A stretch of DNA of 64,000 nt. It comes from Candidatus Heimdallarchaeota archaeon (GTDB lineage Archaea; Asgardarchaeota; Heimdallarchaeia; Hodarchaeales; Hodarchaeaceae). The stretch spans positions 1,634,200-1,698,199 of the forward strand of contig CP070695.1 of assembly GCA_020353515.1 (NCBI GenBank). The letters are read 5' to 3'. Every line of letters starts with the position of its first letter. Within the stretch, counting starts at the first letter, position 1. Below, in pieces: positions 29,813-39,289 of the stretch. Position numbers and translations under genes: made by a program. Below the pieces are notes generated by a model, which worked only from the letters and a program-made list of their open reading frames with translations, was not told the origin of the DNA and did no database searches.

Positions 29813-32800
29813 TGGTTGAACCTCCTTTTTTTCACAACATAAGTACATGGTAGTGTCACTAATGCTCCTACAGCCATGACTAGAGCGATATATGTCTTAA
29901 GAGTCATCCTAGTTTTATCCAAATATGTGGATACAATGATAGTAGGTGTTTCTTTGATTAAAGAGGAACTTTTACTGATAATAATTCTCCCTGTGATCTG
30001 TCCTCCTTGACCTCCTTGTTGCTCGACAAGATAATCTTCCTTTCCATAAAGAATATACACCCAATGATCAGCTGTACCCAATGCAACATCATTGATTCCA
30101 TCACCATTGAAGTCACCTACAATTGTACATAGGATGAGGTTTGTTGGTACAAATGAAGCCCATATGACCTGAGTTGGAGAGGTTGGTATCCCGCTTAATG
30201 CCATGATGTTATCGTAATTCAACGTTAGTACATCTAGGTATGTATCGTTATTAAGATCTGCCACTTGATATTCTTCTACATAGAATATGGAACGATCTTC
30301 AAAAGTCCAATTCAGATGGAACCCATCAGAATCTAGAGTAAAGCAATAGCTACCATTTGCAAACGACCGTACCACAATGTCATCATTACCATCGCCCGAA
30401 AAGTCACCGATCGCCATATGTGACAGTCTAAAGGGTATTTGATCAAGGAAGATTTTATCGAATTCTGTGGCTAGATTGCTTGTCCAATCATCATTTTGAT
30501 AAGCTACAATTGTTCCATTCCGAACAATAACTACGATTTCTGGACGTGAATGTCCTGTAAAATTACCTACTCTGAAATCTTGAACGGGAATTATAATACC
30601 ATTTCTTAGATTGCCATTTGTTCCATCTAATATCCAGATAGAATGCTCGTAAAGGGCAACTGCAAAGTCAAGAGTTCCATCATTAGTAAAATCAGCAACT
30701 TCAAATTGCGTAAATGGAGCGAATAATTGGTGATACTGCCATATAATCTTCCCATGACCAAGTGTTTGGTCTAAAGTTGTATTATAAAGGACAAATCGAC
30801 CAATATGGGCACTAAAGCGATAACCCATACTGATGGCCAACTCCTCATCACCATCATTATTTGTATCCACAAAAGCCATTTCATTGACAATCACGGGACC
30901 TAAGTATGCATCATTCGACCATATTGTTGGACGACCAATCTCCCCATCTATTATGCTTAATAGACCCGATTTCAACGCCACTGCTACATCAGGAATTGTA
31001 TCACCATTAATATCTTTAACCGCAATACGCATAATTGATGAGGTAAATCGCCATTTCCAGATAATTTCCCCTGTTGACCCCTCGATAGCCATTAAATATC
31101 TACTTCTATCCCCGAAGACAATGTCGTCAACTCCATCTGCATTGAAATCTCCAACAGCTAAATCGATCACATTACCTCGTGTCTTGAAAGAAGAACTATC
31201 CATTTGTACTGCAACAGAAATTGCCCTTGTTGGTTTATGTCGGACAAATGTCTTCATGTATATTCGCCCCTTACCGTCAAGTACTGCTGCTTCGCCAAAA
31301 TCGCCGAAATTACCTGCTGCTACAGATTTTATTGGCCTCTGCCAATTTGCGAATGGGGTTCCATAAGTTCCATCGATAACTGAGACTGCATCGGTATGTT
31401 TAGGACCAGTATATTCTGTGCAAAATACTAGATCATCAGCTTCACCATCTCGATCAAAATCACCTTGAGAAATGTCATTCGCATGTGTATCCCAAAGATG
31501 ATACTCCCAGAGAATGTCTGCAGGATTCAATCCAGACATGGCAATCAGTTTTGTCAAAGGCTGCTGATGGTAGGAGAAGTCATCCATAACGAAGAATGAC
31601 GAGATACCATTAAGTCCATCAATGCTAACTCTGTAAATTCTACCCAGAGAGTCTTCTAACTCTTTAAACTGTAAAAATCGGCCAGGTTCAATGAATACTT
31701 GGTCAAGTAGGTTCCCTTGATAGTCATATGCACTCCAGTTATAACTGTAACCTGTAGCTGTGGAAAAGTATGCGGAGACTCGTGCAGCACGGTCTTTAAT
31801 GATTATATAACTATCTATCTCGACAGCAGTTACTGCCATATCACCTGAATGAGGGATGTAAGTCGAACTGCTGCCATAATCCCCTACAGTCCATCCTTGC
31901 CAAGCGCCACCTGCATTTGAAAAGATAAGGCCTGTGTAATGGTTGTCTACTGTATTTCCGCTTGAAAGATCCTCAAAATCAATAGTATCAGTCGGAAGTC
32001 GGGTTTCTGAATTAAAATCAATCTGGAACATCACATCTTGAAATCCATCTTTGTTAAAGTCATATTTCAAAGTGTTGTCTCGATTCCCAATAGCACCGTC
32101 GAATGTATTGTTCCACAGTTCTGAATAGTTTCCTGTAGTTGTTTCATAAGCAAAAAGAATGCCTGATTCTACGATTAAGACCTCTTCAAAATCATCGCCA
32201 TTCACATCAATTAATGTTGCTGTTAAACCATACTTTGAACTATTACGTGTGAATTGGTGAACGGTACTCCAAGAAACCCCATTATAATTTAATAATATAA
32301 CTGATCCATTATCCTCATTAAATTTGCGTCCAGATACAACAAGGGTGTTATTCCCAGCAGATACGTGTTCTGCTAACCAGGAATTATCCGTAAGAGAGAA
32401 CAATTCCGTAGGCGCAATACCACTAGCCCCGTTTATCCAATAAACAGTTTCATTAAATGGTACAATAATATCTGAAACATTGTCATTGTTAAGATCAGAA
32501 AATGTCATCTCAGTGAAACCATCAATATCAATACCATCGAATTCTACTGACCAGATTTCACTTCCAAAAGCTCCATTGAGTGCATAGAGTGAAGTGGTAG
32601 TAGCATCGTTATCGTGAATAAGGAACACTAAATCTTTAATTGGGTCAGAATTGATAAATGCAGATTTGAGAGTTAAGATAATGGAGTTTTTTGAGAATCC
32701 TTCACTAGAGAGATTGAAGGCCCAGAACTCCCCACCTGTTGACCCATTTAATGCTCGAACTATAGGATACCAAGTGCTTCCTGTTGAATCCATTGTTGCG

Positions 32801-35800
32801 ACAAACAAATCGTCAACTCCATCAGATCCAAGATCAGTTGTATCCATTAATTTATCAGGTGAGGGGTTTACATTGTCAAGAATAGTATTATATTTTGCTT
32901 CCATCCATACTGGATCCCAATCAAAGAATAGGTAGTTGGTTCGGGGAACTTTTGTATTCCGGATCTCAAAGCTGTAAACGTTTCCCTCGACACAAGAAAC
33001 TATAATTTCATCAAATCCATTTCCATTTGAATCATATAGTTCAATATCTGTTGTTTCCGTTGCTAGGCCATCACTATGCCATGGTTGATAATAGAGTAAT
33101 GCTCTCTCTGGCCCACCTGTTCGGGAAACTTCTACGAGAAATGCTTGATTGCCAGAGGCAATAGCAATTTCTCTTCGTGCATCTGCATCTGAATCGCCAG
33201 TGCTAATTGCTCGTGCTTCCATAAAATCAAACAAAGTGAAATTGGATGTAGGATTCATCCCAAAGAAGATGTTATTATAGTACCCTCTATCAGGATATTT
33301 TGTACTCGAGTGGAAATCACTACCTCCAAAATTGGTTGCCATAGTCAACAACATACCACCCTCTTGATCATCATATCCTGAGCCAGTATTGGGATCATCC
33401 TCAGGATCATCTGTTCCGATAGCGTCGCTCCCATAAGCAACAATACTACCACCATATACTACAACAGACTCTTCCTCTGTCACGATGGGGTCATAGTTTA
33501 CAACAGGAGGAGGATTATAGGTCGTTTGGTAAACCAGGACACTTCCACCTCCGCCATCGTCAACGGTTGTTAATACTCCCACAGGAGTCCCTTCGTAACT
33601 AAGAGTACCTCCTCCAGTAGTCAAACCACCACCAACAGTCGTAACAAGGCCAGAATGAGCTGTAACGTCTCCAGAGCTTAAATATGTATATGTATCAGTA
33701 TCACTTGATGTGTATCCTGTACCCAGTGTGACCGTTGAAGATAAACGTTGAGCTGTAGTAAGTCGAACCAAAGAGAAGAAGTTATATTGTGCCATGAACG
33801 AATATGCAAATCCTCCAGTACAGTGAGCAGTGATCGCTGGTCCAACTGAGATCAGGGACTTAACAATCACATTATGGTCTTCTTTTAATACCAAGAGACT
33901 AAATCCATATTGTGGATATACAATGTATTCTGCAAATGGGGGCGTTGTTGTAACGGGTTCTGGATCACGCCATGTGTTTCCATCATCTTTTGAATATGTT
34001 ACCTGTAGATTTCCTGAAGGTTGATACCCCTCAGCTTCAAATATGATCATTAATGCATGGTCAGGTGTCACCGTTTGAGTGATAGATGGATGTAGTTCAT
34101 CTGTACCATCTATAGTTGCTCGAGAGTACGGAAAAGTGCCATCCCATATTGGTGTGGAGTTTGATTTTGCGATCCATAAATCATAATCTACTTTTCCTTC
34201 AACAAAACTCAATCCACTAAAGACAATAACAACATCGCCGCTTACAGAGCGAATGGTATCATGAGAGAGGGCCCTGTATCCTACTTTTCCAGGCCAAGTT
34301 ATGTTATTCTGTACCGCAGACTTTCCAATATTTGGAATCCTATCACCATAGAAAGGAGCATAATTGAAGCTTCCTTGCCAATAAATCCCACCATTTGTAT
34401 TATTTATATAGGAAATTGCTACTCCCAAGCCGTCAGTATTGTTATGGAAATCCCAGACACTCGGATTATAGAGAAGGTGGCCTAAGCTGAAAATAGCTGC
34501 TGCTCTAAACGCGTCAATGTCTTCAAAAATTGCATTTTCCCATTGAAGAGTTCCTGCGTTATCTTTAAGTTCAAGCAGCCATATTCCTTCGTAATCAGGT
34601 GCTATACCAAAGTCGAGGTGACCAGTGAACGCTAAGAAAACACGGCCATTGGGTGTTTGATACACTGAAGGGTGATATTCATAATAAGAATAAGTCATTG
34701 GGAATGTTCCCCAACCTGCAATGGGGGGTCGGTAACGAATTAGAATGTTATCAGTAGTTACTCTTCCATGTTGAATCCACGTATCACCATAATCAGGACT
34801 AGTAGCAAAGTACAGTGCTTGGCCTGCTTTGAAAATTTGGAGCCATTGAGACCGTCCAAAGGTGTCACTCATGTCATATTGAAGCTCAATGAAATCTGTG
34901 TTACGAAGAGCTAGCTGGACTTTTGCTTCAATGTCAAACATTTGCTTAAGTTTTATGGTTGGGAAATTCACATAACTAGTAAGTATTGACCTTTCTACGT
35001 AATTATTATCCCGTGAGGATCCTGGAGCATTTTCATAAATAACCACACCTTTGAATGTACCCACAATAATCTCTTTGTACTGGTCGTAGTCTTGGTTGTC
35101 AACCATTACATCAAAAACTGGATTTTCTTCCATTAAACGATTGGGAGCCCACCAAGTATACGCGTATGTGCCAATTTGATTCTCTAAAATAGCAACAAAA
35201 CCATTATAAGAACCCCACCAAGTTTTATTCACCCCACCGATAATAATCTCATTTAACTTATCATCGTCAGTGTCAGCAATAGTTATTGCTTCAATTGAAA
35301 GAGTTCTGACAGCTGGGGATGACATTGGGTTACCAGGGATGAAGTATCTTCCACGAACAGGCCAGGGGTTAACAAGGAAGTTCTCATCGAAACTATCATA
35401 ACCATTCGATTCGAATACAAATAGAAAGCTACCCGCTGCAAGAACAAATTCTCCATATCCGTTATAGTCAAGATCTCCTCCATAAGCTGCAGCTGTAAAT
35501 TGCGTTATTCCTAAATAATTGAACAACAATCCCCATGGGGATTGTCGAAGATCTGCTTGCCAAATTAATTTGTACTCATCATCAATACTGACGAAACCAT
35601 CATTATTTTGCTCCCAAACAAAGATTGAAAGACCTGCAGTGGCAACCATTTCAAGGAAGCCATCATTATCCATATCAAGACCAACAACTAATTCTTCGAT
35701 ATGATCCCAAATTGTTCGATAGAATGTCCCACTTACTCCTTCTAGTTCCTGCCAAGCATACGGAGAGGTCGTTGAGAGTTCTTTATGGGTAATATCCTGA

Positions 35801-38800
35801 GAACGATAGGCTCGTTTATATGTGTTATTGGTTAAATGCTCAAACACATACAGATTATTGTCAAAATCACCCACAATAACTTCTCCCCGACCGTCCTGAT
35901 CCATATCACCTGTTTTAATGGTCAGTGTCCAACGCTCTAATTCAGGTTTGGTGTTCCAAGTTTCAAATACATGATATCCATAATTTTCAAGCTTGTTTCC
36001 ATATGAATCTGTCCCTGATTTCAAGTTGATTTCTAAGCGGGAAATGATTGGATTTGTACCAATTACAAAGGCATTATGATTATTATATTCAGCCTCTAGA
36101 CGGATAAGCTCTTTTGTATAATTATTGAAAGTAGTCATATGAGTTACTTTTCCAGAACGCGGATCAATAGCAAAAGTAGGAGATGTCAAGTTGTTAAAAC
36201 GAAGACCACCCCAAGAGTTTGTAAATAACCACTTATTTTCTTTCCATTCAGGGGCCCATCGTTTTCCAACATTTTCAAAATATGTTGCTCCTGGACGAGT
36301 TGAGATCCCTAATGAGAGATCTAAATCACCATCTTGATCAAAATCAAATAGTTCAGGGGATGTATAGAGCTTATCTGTAGTTTGGAGATTCAACTCTTGG
36401 AAATATTCTTGATCTAATCTGAACATGGCATTTTCAATGTTTTCTAGTAAATAAATACGGCCATTGGTTAGTACAAGATCTAAATCACCATCACCATCGA
36501 TATCTCCAGTTGCTACTTCTGGAATAGTACGGGATTTCTCTAAAGCTCGTGACAGTAATCCTGTGATCTCTACCTCAGCTAGTTCTAATTTACCTTCATA
36601 CGCTCCAATTCCCCCGCCTGGATTAAACAGATAGAAATCTAAACCTGCTATTGCTTTTTGTTTGGTTTCATCAGCAGGATCATAAAGGAAATCTTCATGA
36701 GCCCAGCCTAAATACATGGTCTCGGGAAAGTTCGGCAAGAAAGGTTGGGGGATATGATCTGCGAAAGTTGGAATGATCGACATTCCAGTATAGAACGGAT
36801 TATAGTTCACTTGAGCGAACATAAGGAGGCTTAGGGCCTCAGAGCGTTCGTTAAGTAAGGACGGAAAGATATATAGTTTACCATTAGATGTTCCAACAAC
36901 AATATCATTTGAAGGGATATTGAGATCAATAATTCCCTCAAGTTCTGGATAATATGCGCTAAAGATGCCTTCAAAGAAGGTTTTAAAGAGAGACACATGA
37001 TCCATACCGGCGAATTCGCCATCTCCTGCTAGGAGGTGTGGTGGGTTATTAATTGGTGTCTCCAAAATTGAACTGCTTGATTCATTATATAACCAAGTTG
37101 GGATCTTTCCGGGATTTTTTACTTCAACAATATCCCAGATATTTGTACCTTGAGTATAAGTGTCATTTTTATAAGAATTCCAGAGTAAATCGTACCCTTT
37201 GGTAGCTGAATTGTATTCAAACATTACTATCTTACCATCAGAAGTACCTAGGACAATTTTCTTCCCCTCGGACTCACCAGTTGTATAAGCCTTATAATAA
37301 TCTAAATCTAAACTCCCTATCGTGATGGATGTTGCTGTATCCATAGGTCTATATAGAACTGGGGCATAACCACCCTTGATTTTAAAGATACCACCATTTG
37401 TTACATTTATTCGCATATACCGGAAATATGCCCAGTGTTCTTTAGAAAGAATAGGGTCAATATCAATCCATAAGTCATCATCATCAGGAGACGGGGATCC
37501 TAGGGCTAACGAAATATCCTTGTCAGGAATTAGTGCCCATAGGCCATCACCCCGTGATACTTCAAATGAAATTTTGCTTAATTGTGGTGCTGTACTCTCA
37601 TGGAATCGTAATAATACATCATACCCAAGACCTTCTCCTGGGATCGCCCACAAACCATCGCCCATAACTTCGCCATCATTTCCCCAGTCAACAATGGCAC
37701 TTGCTATTGAATCTCGGGCATTAAATGTTGTATAGTTTTCTGCTGGGTCATGATTTATATCATATATTCCCGCAATTGGGTTATCATCCACCACACCATC
37801 GCCATTCATATCAATATATACCCCATCCTCACCCCAGGGATCTAATTTTCTATGAATAGCCATAGAAGTATTTTTTGGCCATTGGGGTTCCCAAACATAT
37901 TTGCCAAAAGGCTCAGTGATAATTGTATTAGTCCCCTCATAATAAACATGTAAATTGGAAATATTTTCGGCTGTTAGGAATATACCAGTAGGGGTCTTAG
38001 TTCCATTGACAAACACATTGTAGAGTTGATTATCAATATATACTCCTGATGTAAGATTGTTATTTGAGGAAGACATCCAATCAATATAATGGTTTAAATA
38101 ATGGCCTAATCCTTCAAGTCCCCCAAGTTCCCAAGAGTCAAGGGGTTCCCATAATTGATGAGTCAAGTAACGGCCTGTTAATCCAACAGTTTTATCCCAA
38201 TTAACAACAAAGACATTTTGTCCCACAGAAATGTATACAATCTCATCTGCTTTATCATCATCGAGTTGGTCAACGATTATACGTAAAATTGGTTTCCATG
38301 AAGTATTTCCACTATCCCAATGATAACGATACGAATTATCCTGGGTAAGTGGCCACGGTTCCCCATTGATTGTTAGAATTGTACCATTGTTCTCATATAT
38401 ATATACACGGCCAAGTTCTGTACCAACTATGATTTCTGGGAGAGCATTGTAATTGGTGTCTCCCGTAGCGACAGAAAATATTTTCTCACCAACATCTATA
38501 GTTACTTTTTCTGTATATTCGATCCAGTGTTGTTTTGAGAAAGGATATCCTGAATGGTTTGTATACTCATATACATGGATCTTCTCATCCCAGGATCCTG
38601 CAATGATGTCAGGTTGGTAATCTTTATCGACATCAGCTATTTTGACTCCCCATACTTGTTGTAGTTTTGGACTGGTCCAAACATGGACAAATTGATTCTC
38701 CATATTATCAAATGGATCATAGATGTGTTCTTGTTCAAAGACATACACATGACCATCTGCACTTCCGCAGACGATTTCCATGAAGTCGTTATGATCTGTG

Positions 38801-39288
38801 TCTCCAAAATCTATTGAAAGCACATCTCCTTGAATGATTTGATCTCCTGAATCCCAAACTTTATCATATTCTCTAGTATACCCATTCCAGCGATAGAGAT
38901 GAATCTCGTTATCATATAAATACCCTCCACCTACCGCCAGAAATTCCTTTGTGGGATCAACTGCGATACATCTTACTGCTGCTTTCGTTAACCAAGGTTC
39001 CCACACATTCTGATAATCTAGCTCGTTGTTCATAAGAAATTTAGTTATATCATAGTCTTCAGGAAGATAGGGTTCGTCAACTCCTGGTTCGTCGTCACTA
39101 TAAAATGAATTTAGGGTCTCTGATGTTTCATCTGTAATCGAGCTCCTTAAAGGAGACATTGCTAAGATTGGGGAATTTGGGGTTTGAAGAATGCCTGATG
39201 CAGACATTGGGCCGATTAGAAATATACTTAGGAATAAAATTGCCATAAGTTTTGTAAGAGTTTTTGCCATCTTATGTCCACCTATCAT
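29809..39288 (-). CDS. Protein B: giant FG-GAP/VCBS multi-propeller surface protein with Asp-box repeats (paralog of B')
   Basis: Signal peptide; many GDhDGDGxxDhh motifs; SPDYGDTW and SKDDGNTW Asp-boxes; jelly-roll insert; C-terminal TM and KKRR; start 39288 or 39270. Confidence 0.88.
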   Translation of the reverse strand: MIGGHKMAKTLTKLMAILFLSIFLIGPMSASGILQTPNSPILAMSPLRSSITDETSETLNSFYSDDEPGVDEPYLPEDYDITKFLMNNELDYQNVWEPWLTKAAVRCIAVDPTKEFLAVGGGYLYDNEIHLYRWNGYTREYDKVWDSGDQIIQGDVLSIDFGDTDHNDFMEIVCGSADGHVYVFEQEHIYDPFDNMENQFVHVWTSPKLQQVWGVKIADVDKDYQPDIIAGSWDEKIHVYEYTNHSGYPFSKQHWIEYTEKVTIDVGEKIFSVATGDTNYNALPEIIVGTELGRVYIYENNGTILTINGEPWPLTQDNSYRYHWDSGNTSWKPILRIIVDQLDDDKADEIVYISVGQNVFVVNWDKTVGLTGRYLTHQLWEPLDSWELGGLEGLGHYLNHYIDWMSSSNNNLTSGVYIDNQLYNVFVNGTKTPTGIFLTAENISNLHVYYEGTNTIITEPFGKYVWEPQWPKNTSMAIHRKLDPWGEDGVYIDMNGDGVVDDNPIAGIYDINHDPAENYTTFNARDSIASAIVDWGNDGEVMGDGLWAIPGEGLGYDVLLRFHESTAPQLSKISFEVSRGDGLWALIPDKDISLALGSPSPDDDDLWIDIDPILSKEHWAYFRYMRINVTNGGIFKIKGGYAPVLYRPMDTATSITIGSLDLDYYKAYTTGESEGKKIVLGTSDGKIVMFEYNSATKGYDLLWNSYKNDTYTQGTNIWDIVEVKNPGKIPTWLYNESSSSILETPINNPPHLLAGDGEFAGMDHVSLFKTFFEGIFSAYYPELEGIIDLNIPSNDIVVGTSNGKLYIFPSLLNERSEALSLLMFAQVNYNPFYTGMSIIPTFADHIPQPFLPNFPETMYLGWAHEDFLYDPADETKQKAIAGLDFYLFNPGGGIGAYEGKLELAEVEITGLLSRALEKSRTIPEVATGDIDGDGDLDLVLTNGRIYLLENIENAMFRLDQEYFQELNLQTTDKLYTSPELFDFDQDGDLDLSLGISTRPGATYFENVGKRWAPEWKENKWLFTNSWGGLRFNNLTSPTFAIDPRSGKVTHMTTFNNYTKELIRLEAEYNNHNAFVIGTNPIISRLEINLKSGTDSYGNKLENYGYHVFETWNTKPELERWTLTIKTGDMDQDGRGEVIVGDFDNNLYVFEHLTNNTYKRAYRSQDITHKELSTTSPYAWQELEGVSGTFYRTIWDHIEELVVGLDMDNDGFLEMVATAGLSIFVWEQNNDGFVSIDDEYKLIWQADLRQSPWGLLFNYLGITQFTAAAYGGDLDYNGYGEFVLAAGSFLFVFESNGYDSFDENFLVNPWPVRGRYFIPGNPMSSPAVRTLSIEAITIADTDDDKLNEIIIGGVNKTWWGSYNGFVAILENQIGTYAYTWWAPNRLMEENPVFDVMVDNQDYDQYKEIIVGTFKGVVIYENAPGSSRDNNYVERSILTSYVNFPTIKLKQMFDIEAKVQLALRNTDFIELQYDMSDTFGRSQWLQIFKAGQALYFATSPDYGDTWIQHGRVTTDNILIRYRPPIAGWGTFPMTYSYYEYHPSVYQTPNGRVFLAFTGHLDFGIAPDYEGIWLLELKDNAGTLQWENAIFEDIDAFRAAAIFSLGHLLYNPSVWDFHNNTDGLGVAISYINNTNGGIYWQGSFNYAPFYGDRIPNIGKSAVQNNITWPGKVGYRALSHDTIRSVSGDVVIVFSGLSFVEGKVDYDLWIAKSNSTPIWDGTFPYSRATIDGTDELHPSITQTVTPDHALMIIFEAEGYQPSGNLQVTYSKDDGNTWRDPEPVTTTPPFAEYIVYPQYGFSLLVLKEDHNVIVKSLISVGPAITAHCTGGFAYSFMAQYNFFSLVRLTTAQRLSSTVTLGTGYTSSDTDTYTYLSSGDVTAHSGLVTTVGGGLTTGGGTLSYEGTPVGVLTTVDDGGGGSVLVYQTTYNPPPVVNYDPIVTEEESVVVYGGSIVAYGSDAIGTDDPEDDPNTGSGYDDQEGGMLLTMATNFGGSDFHSSTKYPDRGYYNNIFFGMNPTSNFTLFDFMEARAISTGDSDADARREIAIASGNQAFLVEVSRTGGPERALLYYQPWHSDGLATETTDIELYDSNGNGFDEIIVSCVEGNVYSFEIRNTKVPRTNYLFFDWDPVWMEAKYNTILDNVNPSPDKLMDTTDLGSDGVDDLFVATMDSTGSTWYPIVRALNGSTGGEFWAFNLSSEGFSKNSIILTLKSAFINSDPIKDLVFLIHDNDATTTSLYALNGAFGSEIWSVEFDGIDIDGFTEMTFSDLNNDNVSDIIVPFNETVYWINGASGIAPTELFSLTDNSWLAEHVSAGNNTLVVSGRKFNEDNGSVILLNYNGVSWSTVHQFTRNSSKYGLTATLIDVNGDDFEEVLIVESGILFAYETTTGNYSELWNNTFDGAIGNRDNTLKYDFNKDGFQDVMFQIDFNSETRLPTDTIDFEDLSSGNTVDNHYTGLIFSNAGGAWQGWTVGDYGSSSTYIPHSGDMAVTAVEIDSYIIIKDRAARVSAYFSTATGYSYNWSAYDYQGNLLDQVFIEPGRFLQFKELEDSLGRIYRVSIDGLNGISSFFVMDDFSYHQQPLTKLIAMSGLNPADILWEYHLWDTHANDISQGDFDRDGEADDLVFCTEYTGPKHTDAVSVIDGTYGTPFANWQRPIKSVAAGNFGDFGEAAVLDGKGRIYMKTFVRHKPTRAISVAVQMDSSSFKTRGNVIDLAVGDFNADGVDDIVFGDRSRYLMAIEGSTGEIIWKWRFTSSIMRIAVKDINGDTIPDVAVALKSGLLSIIDGEIGRPTIWSNDAYLGPVIVNEMAFVDTNNDGDEELAISMGYRFSAHIGRFVLYNTTLDQTLGHGKIIWQYHQLFAPFTQFEVADFTNDGTLDFAVALYEHSIWILDGTNGNLRNGIIIPVQDFRVGNFTGHSRPEIVVIVRNGTIVAYQNDDWTSNLATEFDKIFLDQIPFRLSHMAIGDFSGDGNDDIVVRSFANGSYCFTLDSDGFHLNWTFEDRSIFYVEEYQVADLNNDTYLDVLTLNYDNIMALSGIPTSPTQVIWASFVPTNLILCTIVGDFNGDGINDVALGTADHWVYILYGKEDYLVEQQGGQGGQITGRIIISKSSSLIKETPTIIVSTYLDKTRMTLKTYIALVMAVGALVTLPCTYVVKKRRFNQ

Positions 39289-39289
39289 G

